Source of the DNA: Chiloscyllium plagiosum | Taxonomy: Eukaryota | DNA length: 64,000 nt | Assembly (NCBI RefSeq): GCF_004010195.1 | Contig: NC_057719.1 | Location: forward strand, 25,680,663 to 25,744,662 | Direction: 5' to 3' | In this document: one piece after another, positions 50,543-64,000 of the stretch | How positions within the stretch are numbered: position 1 is the first letter of the stretch | Layout of the letters: every line of letters begins with the position of its first letter | Program-made: the position numbers and the translations under genes | The notes under the pieces: model-generated | What the model was told of the DNA's origin: nothing | The model's database searches: none | Seen by the model: the letters and a program-made list of their open reading frames with translations, nothing else

Positions 50543-50903
50543 TCATGAGGGGCATGGACAGGACAAATAGACAAAGTCTTTTCCCTGGGCTGGTGGGAGT
50601 CCAGAACTAGAGGGCATAGGCTTAGGATGAGAGGGGAATGATATAAAAGAGACCCAAGGGGTAACGGTTTCACATAGAGAGTGGTGCATATATGGAATGA
50701 GCTGCCAGAAAAAGTGGTGGAGGCTGGTACAATTGCAACATTTACAAGGCATCTGGATAGATATATGAATAGGAAGGGTTTGGAGGAATATGGGCCGGAT
50801 GCTGGCAGGTGGGACTAGGTTAGATTGGGATATCTGATTGGCATGGAGGAGTTGGACTGGAGGGTCTGTTTCCATGCTGTACATCTCTACGACTATGACT
50901 CTA
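50543..50903 (+). mobile_element. CR1 3' end
   Basis: agaactagagggcatagg...tggaatgagctgcc, with gactatgactcta tail. Confidence 0.88.
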
Positions 50904-52142
50904 GAATCTGAAACATTGCTCTAGTATTCAGTGTCACAAGATTCAATATACGTTCAGTAGACAGATCACATGGAAGCAGATCACAAATCACTAGAACTGA
51001 TTCAGCACAAACCACTGACAAGTGCATGTCCAGCCTGCACAAATTCTAGAAAAAGTGCAGGGACATGATTTGATGCCTGCTACTTAACTGGTTCTAAAAT
51101 AGCTACACAACAGCACAGGGACTAATTGTCACTAGCAGAGATTGTGTTTGAAAGACAAGTTAGACAGACACAGCCAAGTCATCACCTTACCATATTTTCA
51201 GGCTTATTTAAAAACAAGAGGAAATTAAGATGGTGCATGACCGATGTGCAGTTCTGCCCAATCTGTGCATAGGACAGCACATAGTCATAGTGGTATACAA
51301 CACATATAAAAGCCCTTTGGCCCATCAAGGTCAGAGATTCACATCCCACACAGAGAGCATGGCCACATGCAGAGTTACCCAAAGTTTGAACAACAATGAA
51401 GCAACATTGCAAACATAGGAAAACCAACTCAGTGAATTGTACAATGTTCCACTTCTGCATAAATCACACAAAAAGTGCTTGGATAATGAAGGTGAGGAAG
51501 ACCCATGAAGACAACAATTAACACATTAATAACATGCACGATTCCGACATATCTACAAAATGAGAACATCAAAGTGTGCAGTTTCAATCTCTGGAAGGTT
51601 ATACAATCACAAGATCCAGAATGATTGTAAAATTGATTCCTTATTCTTCAATGTTTCAATTATTACTTCTGTTTTGAAAATACTCCAATGTCCACATTTT
51701 TCATTCTTAGTTTTATCTTGTGGAAAAAAAGGGTGATAATGTTATTGATTTCAGAGTTGTGTTACTTTAAGAGCTAGATATGTGAATGAGTCAAGGAGCA
51801 AGATGAAACCACATGACCAAGTACTATGTGCGGTCCAGCAGCATCAAGATAGAGGTGGATACATACACAGTTATCCATAACTGCAACTTGCAGTCTGAGC
51901 TCTTAAGTAGATCAGTAAAACAATCCGTGCTCCATAATCTGTTACTTACTGATAACACAAGAAATACAACAAGTAGAGTACTATTTCTTGAATGTACTAT
52001 AATTAGTTCACTATGCTGAAATGTAAAGTGTTTGTGGTTATTTAGCTGTTCCAGTGACCAGATCTTGCAACATGATAAAAAGATCTAGTTATTTGTCATT
52101 ATCATAGCAAGCAACCTGAACAGATAGAGAAAGGATACTCAC

Positions 52143-52257
52143 TCGTTTTATCTTCTTTTATTGAGTAATCTTGAATATTAGGCATTCCACCAAGTCCAGG
52201 AAAATTGACTGAAAGTACCATATTTGAGAGGGAGCAATCTTTCCTCACCATGAATCT
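52143..52257 (-). CDS. RIN3: RIN3 coding exon (SH2 domain), 115 nt
   Basis: Minus strand ttcctatttccAG|AGATTCATGG...AAAACGA|GTgagt. Translates RFMVRKDCSLSNMVLSVNFPGLGGMPNIQDYSIKEDKT, resembling the vertebrate RIN3 SH2 segment as I recall it (FLVR..S...LVL.V.FP......Y.IKEEK). The phase-1 end joins the next exon in frame. Not in the ORF track. Confidence 0.9.
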
Positions 52258-54857
52258 CTGGAAATAGGAATGAATTATGCTAAATTGTAGTAATTGGGTG
52301 ATAGGAAATAAGGCACAAATAGAATAATCAGTCAGTACTTAAGTCAAGCTGAACTGGTTAAAAAAACCCAGAAAGCTAAGTTTTGGAAAATCTGCCCAAG
52401 TCACCATCCATTTCATGTGTATATTGATGTGTAGTATCAGTGAACATAATTCCAAAAAGGTCAGATGTACAGCATAATTACGAAAAAACAATATCCATCT
52501 GTCAAGTGCTGAGTTGTGCATGAGTGGTTCCATTTGAAAGAGCTCTGCATCACTGGATTAGAAATGGAGCATGACAATTGCAGCTAACACCTATTTTTCT
52601 GTAAACTGAAACAGATCGCTCAGTGTTGCTTTCCAAGAAGAATTTGCAGGTATAACAAAGTGGGGAATACAATTTGGTCTATTTAAACTAAGGGGAGAAT
52701 TCAAGAAGTGGAATAGGGTTTAAACACAAGGCATGGACTTTGATGTAGGAGTATTTTGTGTCCATTGGTATAACACCTGGTAGTACATGATTATGTGCCA
52801 CCTGCTGATTTCAATATTTTAGTGTCTAGCCAATCCCATAATTACTTGGATGAGTGCATGGCAGGCAAAATTGTGAATGATTCGCACAACTTAAAGGATA
52901 GGCATATTGAGGCTGCAGCATGCACTAACAGTTGTGTAAGAATGTGTGCTGGAAACCTTTCAAAAATACTACAACACAGGAGAAGAGTGGGTTTCAAATG
53001 TTTTGGACGCTGCACTGAATGAGATGACAGGAGGGAATGAAGGGAGAGAAATGCTTGTATTCATCAGAAACCGCAGAGTCGAAGGTTATTGAGGGTAGGC
53101 AGGTAGGGAAGTTGAGGCCACAGTCAGATCAGGCATTTACTTATTGAAATCCCAGCAGACTTGTGGGGATGAATGGCCTACTCCTGCTCCTAATTTATAA
53201 CTCAATCAAATTTGTCAAAATTTGGCTTTATCAAATCTGTGCTTTCATTTATTGACCCATCCATTTCCTCGTGCCAATTCATTTCATCCTCGATCATTAT
53301 CTCTACATATTTCCTCATCACCAACATTAGGCTAATTGTGTGGTCTGTCAATTCCATGTCCAGCATTTTTCAAACAGGGGTGTGTAATTCTCCATAGCTG
53401 ATGATACCAACCCCATATCCACTGAGAGGATTGTGGCCAGAGACTCTCCAGAGGCCTCCGTACTTCCTCTGGGAACCTAGAATCTGGATTTAAGTGATCA
53501 TTCTATTTTTGAGTACTGCCAACCTTTCAAGTACCATGGCAGTGACCAAACTACATTGCAGCATCCTCTTCTCTAATGGAGCCAACTGCTAATTAATTAC
53601 TTAGTGCCTTAGCCATGCCTACATTAAAAAAATCTCTTCAGTCCATAATCAGCTAAACCCTCCCTTTGACTCCTCATTCACTATATATGTTTATAAAAGG
53701 CTTTTGTGTTTTCTTTTATAATCTATTTTCATAATCTCTTTGGCTTCTGACTCCTTTTTGTTTTAGACGTCCTCTGTACTTCATTCTCCAATCATCTTGG
53801 CCTTTTCCTACTATGCATTTACACATGTTTTCTCTGCCCCATTTCAACCTTTGTAACTTTTGTCATTTGGCAGCATTAACTTTGCAAGTCTTTCCTTCTC
53901 ATGGGAGTATATCTACTCTGTACCCATTCAGTCTCCTGTTTGAAGGCATTCCAATGTCCAATTACTGCTTGTCTACCAAATTCAGGAGTAAGAGTCAAAA
54001 TCTATGATTAAGCTGCATTCAAAGTAATGCAGACAGAAAGCAAACTTCCTGCTGCCTGCTAATTATCTGGATGATGCTGATGAATGGCGCCAGATCTCAG
54101 CAGGAGACGCAAGGCTGTCTGAGGTCAGCATCACTTAAAGCTAGCCTGCATCATTAAACTGCACCTTTTAAGAATTTAGCATAGTCTAGCTGTAGCTGGG
54201 ATCAGAAATCATGAAAGAGGAGCTGGAGATTAGGGAGAAATAGTTCAACAAGTTAACAAATCTGCACCTTGGTTTTCCAAGACAATGCCAGAAATGCATG
54301 AAGAAGACAGTAGAAGCGGGTGATTGTCATTATCGACATCAACAGAAGAACCACATGGAACTGGAGGAAGTGCCACAGGTTTAGTGACCTTATCGGAGTT
54401 GTCTAGTTCAACCCAGCAACTGTAGAGAGTGAATCAGATTGGAACCTTCCACTTCCCTTGAAGGCTTCAGCCTTAATTACAGGCACGCAACAGACAGACC
54501 AATGACAGACACAGTGCCTCAGTGTTTAGTACTGCTACCTCCCAGCACTAGGCATCCTGGTTCAATTCCTACCTTGGGCTGATGCATTGCTTACTGTATG
54601 CTGTTCACCAGTCTATCAATAATCTTGATCAAACACAACTCATACCTCAGTCCTATTCTTATTTAACTTTTACCAATTTAGCATAGATATCTCACAGCTA
54701 TTTGATCATGGCATGCACTTCACCAAACCACACTGCACAAAACTCACTGACACACTTCCCTTTCTTTTGCAGGACAAGTTGAAGGCAGTGGAATTTCACT
54801 AACGGAGGACTGATACTGTTGCATGTCTCTGCCTCTGTGGAGGAAACACTGCTGGGA

Positions 54858-55212
54858 ATCATTAGAATCCCTCCATGTAGAATCAGACCATTTGGTCCAT
54901 TGAGTCCACACTGACCCTCCAAACCGTATCCCACCCAGACCCACACGCTCCTACTCTACAATCATGCATTGCCCATGGCTAATCCAACTAGCCTGCACAC
55001 TCCTGGACACAATGGGCAATTTAGCATGACCAATCCACCTAACATGCACATCTTTGGGCTGTGGGAGGAAACTGAATCTCCTGGAGGAAGCCCACGTAGA
55101 TATGGGGAGAATGTTCAAACTCCACACAGACAGTCACTCCAAGGGTGGATTGAACAAGGGTCCCTAGCACTGTGAGGCAGCAGTGCTAACCACTGAGCAA
55201 CCATGCCGCCCA
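54858..55212 (-). mobile_element. HE1/V-SINE (older)
   Basis: V-domain and head in reverse complement. Confidence 0.85.
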
Positions 55213-55809
55213 TTGGTGTATCTGTGTTTGCCTGTGACTAAGGCTGAAGCCATCAAGGGCAATGAAAAGTTCTTATCTGATCCACCCTCTTATGTCCTAC
55301 TCCCCACCTCTGCCCACAATCTCTATTAGCTACAAGCTGGAGGTGGTGTACCTGTGGACTGCTTACAATTTTCTACTTCCCCTCAGAGTCTGACCCTGTG
55401 CCTTCCTTTCTGATTTGGAACTGGGTCAGGCAGTGGCAGGGAGGTGTGAAGTCTCAGAGAGCAGGAGGTTGGTCACAACAAAACATGGCCAGTTGGTCTC
55501 ACACCGACAACCATCGGCTCAGACACTTCCTGTTGTTTGCAGAGGAACAGAACTGGGATTATGGCGTTCAGTGGGCTGCAGCTACAATGTGGGAAGAGGT
55601 ATCAGTCCCCTCAGATGGCAAGATCATATGCTGCAGAGGGCTTTGATGGGACTAGCCTGAGAGCGAAAGCCCAGTAGGTCATTGTTAAGGAGAATGGAAG
55701 ATTCTGGCATCAACCTGAAACAGGGTTTTGCACAGAGTCTGGAGTGCATCCTTTATGCATGAGAATGCATGCGGGATCAATCATGATACAATGACTCACT
55801 GTGTGTTTC

Positions 55810-56240
55810 AGCAATAGCTCAGTTGCTTGTTCTCCTGCCTCTGAGTCAGAAGGTCCCACTCACGGAGCCCACAACCTGAGGCTGACATTTCAATGCTGTA
55901 CTGTGGAACCACTGCTCAGTCAGCGGGGCTGCCTTTTGGATAAGACCCCAGCTGCCTGCTGGGGGAGATGGAAAACATTCCATGGCACTCCTTCAAAGAA
56001 AAGCAGGCAAGATGTCCCCAAAACCTAGCCAATATCTATCCCTCAATCAACATCGCAACAAATTGATTATCTCGCCATCACCACACTGCTGGTGTGCTAG
56101 TCTGCAAAATGGGTCTCGCATTTCCTGCATCACAACTGTGATTACACTTAGGTGACACAAGAAAACCCATTCAATGTAAAGTATTTTGAGATATTTTTTG
56201 GTCACTAAAGGTGCTACACAAATAAGAGCTGTTCTTTCTC
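55810..56240 (+). mobile_element. Deu-domain SINE (SacSINE1-like)
   Basis: tRNA-like head tagctcagt...ctctgagtcagaagg, central ccaatatctatccctcaatcaacatc...gattatct, and L2-type tail aaaggtgctacacaaat. Family assignment is from memory. Confidence 0.65.
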
Positions 56241-56464
56241 CATCATTATGTTTCAGCTTCCATTGCAGCACACCCAGACTTAATGCCTTATTGCCACAAT
56301 GAGAGATCAGGCTTCCACAAACTTGCCTGAAAGCACTCAGGCAGCTGTCTTCCTGGCTACGAGCATCGAAATTCCTACCGAACAACATCTATAATTCATT
56401 CATGGCCTCTTTTACTTTGTGTTTAAAGCTATTATTATATTACTAGAAATAACTCTTCAGAGGC

Positions 56465-56784
56465 TGGCATCCCTCACAGTTCCAGGTACCCGGGTTCGAT
56501 TCTAGTATCAGGCGACTGTCTTTGTGCAGTTTACACATTCTCCCTGTGTCTGCCTGGGTTTCCTCCGGGTGCTCTTGTTTCCTCCCACAGTCCAAAGATG
56601 TGCAGATTAGGTAAACTGGTCATGCTAAATTGCCCATAGTGTTCAGGGATGTGTAGGTTAACTAATTAGTCAGGGGAAATGTAAATAGTAGTGGAATGGG
56701 TCTGGGTGGGTTATGCTTCAGAGGGTTGATGTGAAGTTCGTTGAGCCAAATGGCCTGTTTCCACACTGTCGGGATTCTATGATT
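56465..56784 (+). mobile_element. HE1/V-SINE
   Basis: B-box gggttcgattct, V-domain and attctatgatt tail. Confidence 0.85.
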
Positions 56785-57290
56785 CACCAACAACAAGACG
56801 CAAGTCAGGAGTGTGATGGAATACTCCCCACTTGCCTGGATGGGTGCAGCTCCAACAACTCTCGAGAAGCTTGACACCATCCAAGACACTGAATCCACAA
56901 GCATCCACTCCCTCCGCCATCAACACTGAGTGGGAGCAGTGTGTACTATCTATACAGTGCGCTGCAAAAACTTACTTAGATCCTCAGACAGCACCTTTCA
57001 AACCCACGACAACTTCGGTCTATAAGCACAAAGGTAGCAGACATATGGGAATGCCACCACCTTCAAGGTCCCCTCCAAGCCACTCACCATCTTGACTTGG
57101 AAATATATCACCATTCCTTCACGGTGACTGGGTCAAAATCCTGGAATTCCCTCCTTAATAGCATTGTGAATCAATCCACAGCAGTTCAAGAAGGCAGCTC
57201 ACCACCACTTTCTCGATGGCAGCTAGGGACGGGTGATAAATGCCGGCCAGCCAGCGATGCCCACATCCCAAAAATGATTTTTTTAAAAAA
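56785..57290 (+). mobile_element. Second-family LINE 3' end
   Basis: caagtcaggagtgtgatggaatactcc (QVRSVMEYS) through to tail ccagcgatgcccacatccc. Confidence 0.75.
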
Positions 57291-58472
57291 CCAATCACCC
57301 TTCATTTACAAATGCATAGCCTTTGGCAACAGCACTGTCTTTCACTGAGTCAAGCATTCAGGGGGTCCAATATACCTGACAGTCACCATTTTATGTCAGC
57401 CAGATTGGACTAGATTAACAGCCCCAATAGGAGAACTCATACTCTACGATTAGTATATTGCTTCCAATACAAGTGAATAGTTGACTTTTGTATCCAAGAC
57501 TGTTTTTAAGAGGGGATGAGAGGGGATGAGAGCAGTTGCATCCTTCTTCCACCCCCACCTCTGAAGGAAAGTAGGCTGGAATGCATGTTCCAGGGACAGG
57601 GTTTTGAATCACACAATAGCAGATGGTGACATTTTATTTCAATAAAAACCTGGAATAAAAAGCTAGCCTAATATGACACAGTCAATTGTTGTAAAAACCC
57701 ATATCCTCATTCCATGAACAACCTTTTAAAAAGCTTGCTACCAAATTTAAATATCATATAATTACTTACTTCAGTAGGGTATGTGGGCTGCTAATTTCAG
57801 AGTGCTCCCATCTACCATTTGCAAGGGATGCTTAGGGACAGGTAAGATGATGGTGGGCATGTCTCTCACCCAACTGATGATCATGACCATGCCAAAAATA
57901 TACCTGGTTGAGGTACACAGAATCAGACACCTTCTGGAAATAAAGAGTGCTTTCAAAGCCCTTGCCTTCCTACGTGCAACTCCAGACCCTGTACAGACAT
58001 TTCTAACTGTAGCCAACATCTTAGAACACCTATACCATAGCATAAACCTAAGTTGAGATTAATACAAGTTGCTGATCACCCCTTTCAATAGCTCTGTTAG
58101 TGGGAGGCTCCTTCATGCAGTTGAATGGTTGTTTGGCTGTACATGCCTAAGCAAAGGTGTTAACTACAGCAGTGAGGTACGAAATGGAAATGTTCATCTC
58201 ACATTCACATTAGACACTGATAGATGTTGGGATCGGCCTACCCTGCATACTTTCATTGCATGCTCACATCTTTCGCACTATACCTTCATTGAGATGGCAT
58301 TTGACATAGGATGCCAGAGGACAGCAGATTTAGCACAGACACCATTTTCATAACACACAAAGCATTGACACTACTGGTGCTATAGAGCGGAATTGCTCCC
58401 ATTGAAAGTAATCTTCCGTCAGTTAAGTATCTTTATGCTTTATTGTTCCTGTTCTTTCAGAGCCTGCGTTGT

Positions 58473-58972
58473 AGAGTCATATAGTCATACAGCAAGAAAA
58501 CAAATCCATCGGTCCAAACAGTTCATGTTGATCATGCACCGAAACTAAATTAGTCCCACTTGCCTGGGCTTGGCCCATACCCTTCTCAACATTTCTTATT
58601 TGTGTACATATCCAAATGTCTTTTAAACATCGTAACTGTATCCATATCCACCACGTTGAAAGTTCATTCCGCACATGAACCATTCTCCATGTAAAAAGGT
58701 TACCCCTCATAACTTTTTAAAAATCTTTCTCCTCTAACCTTAAAATATGCTGCCTGTCTTAAAATCCCCAACCCTAGAAAAAACACATTTGCTATTCACC
58801 TTACCTATACCCTTCATGATTTTATAAACTCCTATAAGGTCATCCCTAACCTCCTACGCTGCAGTGAAAAGAGCTCCAGTCTCTCCATTATCTCCTTATA
58901 ACTCAAACCATCCATTCCTGGCAACATCCTGTTAAATCTTTTCTGAACCTTCTCTAGCTTAGTAATATCCTA
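58473..58972 (-). mobile_element. CR1 3' fragment
   Basis: RGNLFTWRMVHVRNEL, with agagtcatatagtcata tail. Confidence 0.85.
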
Positions 58973-59384
58973 GTTATTATCCTTATTTCTAAACCCAGTT
59001 TGAACCTCAGCTGAAAATAAACTTTTAAATCCCAATCGCTTATCATTGTTGTATTTTGGAAACGGTCTGCCAGCCATCTTCAGTTCCTGTTAGACTCAAG
59101 AGAAAACTGTGAAACAATCACTGCTTCCTCTTTATAACCATTCACAAGCATGACTGTGTGCTCTAAAAATAACAGTAGTGTTATGTTAATAGGAACAGGG
59201 TGGTGTTTATTGTAGTATTTACAAAATGTTAGCTGAACAAAGGAATATTAAAATCAATAGCAATTGCCTTCATCTGTTCATGTATGTCTGATCTTGGGTT
59301 TGAATTATTTCAGATTTGTTTTGTGTTTTTCGGTAAATTAGTGGGTGTGTGTTTTCCTGTGTATGCATGAGTGCACGTGGCTTC

Positions 59385-60050
59385 TTTTAAAACTCATTCA
59401 TGGGAGATAGGGATTGCGGGCTGGGCCAGGGCTAGGTACTACTGCCTATCCCTAGTTACTCTTGAGAAAGTGGTGGTGAGATGCCTTCTACAACCACTGC
59501 AGGCTATTTCATGTAGGTAGCCCCATGAAACTCCCCATGAGGGAGTTCCATGACAATGAAGAATGAAAGATAAGTCTGCATCGTGAATGGCTTGCAGTGG
59601 AAGTTAGAGGGGGTGGTGTTCCTATGTGTTGCTGTCTTTGTCCTTATGTATTTGGAAAGTGCTTTCTAAGGAGCCTTAGTGAATTCTGCAGTGCACTTGG
59701 ATACAATGCACACTGTTGTATTGAGCATGGTGGGGTTTATGTTTGTGGATATGGGGCTAATCAAACAGACTGCTTTGTCCTGGATGGTGCCGAGCCTCAT
59801 GATGCAGTTGGAGCTGCAAGTGTTTAGTTTTCCATCACACTCCTGACTTGTGCTTGTAGACAGTGGGCAAGCTTTGGAGAGTCAGGAGGGGACTTATTTA
59901 CTGCCAGATTCTTAGCCTCTGATGTGCTCTTGTAGCCGTTGTATTAATATAAAACCAGTTCAATTTCTGGTCAATGGTGATTCGCATCGAATGTCAAAGG
60001 GTAATGGTTAGATTCTCTCTTTTTGAAGATAGTAATTGCCCGGCATGAAC
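59385..60050 (-). mobile_element. Second-family LINE 3' end, decayed
   Basis: ttccatcacactcctgacttgtgc is the reverse complement of the motif at about 56800. Confidence 0.65.
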
Positions 60051-60572
60051 CTGCTTGTGTGTCTTTTTGATCCTATGTTTGTTTGCAATTGTCTGCTTAC
60101 CTCGCACTGTGTATATCTATCCCAAATTATCAGACCAAATGTTATGTAGCTGCATTCACAAATCATTACAGCTACCTATGTCGAATGGCATAGGCTGACT
60201 TGTCTAACTGTCGTGATTTGATGCTACACAATTTCTTAAATGTATCATGCTCCAGCAGTTACAATGAAAATAACACAAAATAACTCTTTGTGTCATGAGA
60301 GAATCCCCACTAATGAAGCTATTAGATTTTAGCAAAGGTTTGTAGTTTATCACGGTTGATAGAAGGAATTTCCTCAGTCAAGTGAAATGGAAATTAGAGC
60401 TGTCTATAAAAGGGCAATTTTTTGATAAGAAGCAGTCACGTAAACTGTTTAGATAATGCTACTTTTTTAATACTGAAGTGCTAGTAAAAACTGTAAGATA
60501 AATTGGCTGGTTGTGGTTATTTTTAGTACTAGGGCCAACTATTTTAATAGATTTACTTTTTAACTATTTTGT

Positions 60573-60887
60573 GGGCGGCACGGTGGCACAGTGGTTAGCA
60601 CTGCTGCCTCACAGCGCCATGAGACCCGGGTTCAATTCCTGACTCAGGCGACTGACTGTGTGGAGTTTGCACATTCTCCCCGTGTCTGCGTGGGTTTCCT
60701 CCGGGTGCTCCGGTTTCCTCCCACAGTCCAAAGATGTGCAGGTCAGGTGAATTGGCCATGCTAAATTGCCAGTAGTGTTAGGTAAGGGGTAAATGTCGGG
60801 GTATGGGTGGGTTTCGCTTCGGCGGGTCAGTGTGGACTTGTTGGGCCGAAGGGCCTGTTTCCACACTGTAAGTAATCTAAAAAAAAA
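60573..60887 (+). mobile_element. Young full-length HE1/V-SINE
   Basis: A box tggcacagtgg, B box gggttcaattcc, V-domain, tail and A-run. CpGs retained. Confidence 0.93.
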
Positions 60888-61329
60888 CTATGAAGAGTCT
60901 CATGACACTGGTACTGGTCAGATTAAAATGTAATGGAAAGTAGCATTTGTGAAATAGTAAATAACTAACGCACATGCTAAAATAACCAATAAACTAGATT
61001 CAAGATACAATATTTAACAATATGCAATAGCATTATTTTGAACAAATTTGTGCTTCATTTCTTCTATTCATTAAAGAACACATGCAACTCTACTTATAGT
61101 GTAAAATGCAATCAACATCCTGGGGCTTACCATGGACCAGAAAATGAAGTGGGTCAACCACATAAATAGTCTGGCTACAAGAGCAGGTCAAAGGCTGACA
61201 AGTTTGTGGCAAGTAACTCATCTCTTGTTTCCCTAATGCCTACAAGGAATAAATTAGGAACATGATGGAACGCTCTTCACTTCCCTGGATTGCTGCATCT
61301 CCAACAACAGTTAAAAAGCCTAGCAGCAC

Positions 61330-63700
61330 ACAAACATACAAGATACAGAAATATGAAAGAAGAGATGCAACTGAACATTTCACCCCTCAAACCTGCTCCA
61401 CCATTCAATTGAATCATGGCTGACCTGTTTGTGTTTCAAATTCCACATTCTGATCTAAGCCGGATAACCGTTTGATTCCCTGCCCAACTAGAACCTATCT
61501 AACTCTATCTTAAAATTATTCAATGACTATAGTAGGCAATAGACGAAATGCAGGTATATGGGGTTAGTTTAATTTGGGGTTTGATGACTCTGTGATTCTG
61601 TGATCCCACTTCCTTTACTTTCTGAGGCAGAGTTCCAGAGTCACACAACCCTCTCACAGAAAACAGGTGTCCTTATCTCTGTCCTAAAAGGGTGACCCCT
61701 AATTTTAAAACCATGTCCCCTACATTTAGAATGACCCACCAAAGCAAACATCCTTAAATTGTCCTTCTTGTCAAGAGTATTCTTATACACTTTAATTAGA
61801 TTGCTCCTGCTCTTCTAAACTCCAGAAAAACAAGCTTGGACTATCACTTCATATCAGGTGTCAGTCTAGTAATCACCCTCTGAATCACCTCCAATGGCAC
61901 TTACATCCTTTCTTGAATAACCGAACCAGTATTTGAGATGTGGCCTTATCATAGCCTGCTTAAAGCATAACATATTTACTTTGGTATTTCAATTTTAACA
62001 CCTTCTCCATGACAGATGTCAAGCTAACTTATCTGTCATTTCTTGTTTTCTGCCTCCCTCCCTTCTTGAATAGAGGGATTATATTTGCTGCTTTCCAGTC
62101 TGATGGAAATGAATCTAGGGAATTTTGGAAAATTAACACCAATGCATCTGCTACTTTATTAGCAATCTCTTCTAAGACACTTGGATGAAGTTCTTCTGGT
62201 CCCAGAGACTTGTCAGCTGCAGTTCCATCAGTTTGCTTACTACCACTTATCTTGTGATTACAATTTCACATAGGTCCACTCTCCCTTCTATCTCCTGATT
62301 CACAGTTATTACTAGAACATTTTTTGTATTTACGTAGTGAAAATAATAGTAAAATATTTGTTCATCTCATCTGTAATTTTGTTATTATCTACAAATAATC
62401 CCATTCTCTTTCTCTAGATGACCAACACTAACTTAACTTACTCTTTTTCCTTTTGAATAACAGTAGAAATTGCTGCTATCCATTTTTTTTTTGCAATCGT
62501 AGCTGTCTTCCTTTCATATTCAAATGTAATCTCCTGATTAATCTTTTAGTGATGCCCTATTGTTCTTCATATTCTGACCAATCATCTATCTGTCACCCAT
62601 CTTTGTAAAGTTATATAGTTTTTCTTTGTAAAGTTATATAGTTTTTCTTTGGTATGATGCTTTTGCTAACTTCTTTAGTAAACCATGGATGGTGGATTCT
62701 TCATTTAGAATTTTTGCTTTTGGTAGGAATGTTAACTATCTGTATACTTATTCTGAAATGGTCCCTTAAACATGTGCCGCTACATCTTTACTGCTTTATC
62801 CCCTAGCCAAGTATACCAGTTCATTTCAGCTATCAAAATGTTCATGCCTACATTATTGCTCTTAGAGTCATAGAAATGTACAGCATGGAAACAGACCCTT
62901 CGGTCCAACCCGTCCATGCCGACCAGATATCCCAACCCAATCTAGGCCCACCTGCCAGTCCTAGGTCCAATCTTCCCTGTCAAGAAAAATGTAAAATTCA
63001 ATCATGTCGTGGTTGCTACTACCTGCTAGTGCTTTACTCTGAATTAATGAATTATTCCTGTCACACTGTATGATGTAATCTGTCCTTTGGTTGGTTCCAT
63101 GATGTGCTGCTTTAAGGAACTATCCTGAAAGCATTTTAGGACCTCCTCATCAAGGCTACCATGACCAATCAGACTTTTCCAGTTTATCTGCAGTTGTGGT
63201 AGCACAGTGGTTTGCACTACTGCCTCAAAGCACCAGGGACTTGGGTTCAATTCCAGTCTTGGGAGACTGGCTGTGTGGAGTCTGAATGTTTTCCGTATGT
63301 CCGTGGTGGGGGGGATTCCGCTAGGTACCCTGGTTTCCTTCCACATTCCAAAGATATGTGGATTGGCCATGATAAATTGTCTTGTAGATTCCAGGGATTA
63401 GCCATGGTAAATGCAGGGTAGGGTGGGTGGTGTTGGTTTGGGTGGGATACCTTTCCTGCAGACTCGATGGGCTGAATGGCCTCTGCCTGCACTTTAGAAA
63501 TTCTATGATTAAAGTTGCCCATGATTATTGGTGTCCCTTTAGCACAAGCATCCAATATTTCTCCGTATGTACTTTGTTTCCATTGAGGTTCTGTTAAGAG
63601 TATCAGTAGACCACTTTCATAAATGACAAAAACTGATCATACATCCTGATCTTCTGAATAAAAGTGACCTCTAACAACTGGACAAATACTGTCCTTGATT
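61330..63700 (-). mobile_element. Old decayed CR1, with a nested younger CR1 tail (62862-62960) and V-SINE
   Basis: 3' tail-like sequence at about 61330-61520. Minus ORFs LKCFQDSSLKQHIMEPTKG and IIMGNFN are APE motifs. Confidence 0.65.
63195..63510 (+). mobile_element. HE1/V-SINE (older)
   Basis: Head gcacagtggtttgcact...gggttcaattcc, V-domain and attctatgatt tail. Confidence 0.82.
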
Positions 63701-64000
63701 ATCAGTGCCACTACTCTTCTTTTGCTCAGCTTTCTAATCTTCTTGAATATGATATGCCCCTCATTATGTAAGAAGTAATTCTTGCTATCCTGTAGCTACT
63801 TCTCTGTAATGGCTGTTGAATCATATCTATTTACCTGAAAGAGAGTTAATAAATGTGTTTACATTGTTATGTATGCTACATACATTCAGATACAGACACT
63901 TTAATGTTGTCACTTTTTATCTTTGTTACATTCCCCAAAGCTTGAACGTTGGTGTAATCCTCGATTTTTCTTCATCCCTTACTGCCATTCTCTGAATCTC

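Noticed and set aside
57771..58353. Overlapping 90-94 aa ORFs as additional RIN3 exons or small genes
   Set aside because: No recognisable domain, no RIN-like sequence and no convincing splice pair.
60573..60660. tRNA genes at V-SINE heads
   Set aside because: A and B boxes are present but run directly into the V-domain body, so these are SINE heads.
62601..62650. 23-bp tandem duplication (and the poly-G run at 47758-47772)
   Set aside because: Ordinary slippage products in or next to decayed repeats, with no indication of function.
1..64000. CRISPR array, operon or prokaryotic defence system
   Set aside because: No regularly spaced repeat-spacer array is present. The sequence is spliced vertebrate DNA, and the RT ORFs are LINE fragments rather than retrons or group II introns.

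Overview
Eukaryotic genomic DNA, almost certainly a shark or other elasmobranch (inferred from HE1/V-SINE, Deu-SINE and CR1 repeat content). The only host gene is on the minus strand: five internal coding exons of a RIN3 (Ras and Rab interactor 3) orthologue at 52257-52143, 20649-20577, 12274-12183, 10775-9330 and 7043-6735. They splice in frame through GT-AG sites and encode the SH2 C-terminal part, the proline-rich region and the first half of the VPS9 region. I found neither the 5' nor the 3' exons in the window. The rest is intron, filled with decayed CR1 LINEs, a second LINE family, an L2 fragment, V-SINEs, a Deu-SINE, a Tigger-like MITE, a Gypsy relic with Gmr1-like domain order, a solo LTR and many Penelope-like element (PLE) derivatives. 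The most notable non-coding signal is about a dozen short insertions, in three sequence families, that carry minimal hammerhead-ribozyme motifs. Several are fold-back palindromes whose junction sits at the ribozyme core, and five have 9-14 bp target-site duplications (TSDs). One copy (29371-29405) keeps a complete hammerhead consensus on the RIN3 pre-mRNA strand. Repeat boundaries were read by eye and are approximate unless a TSD or terminal motif is cited. No database searches were run.
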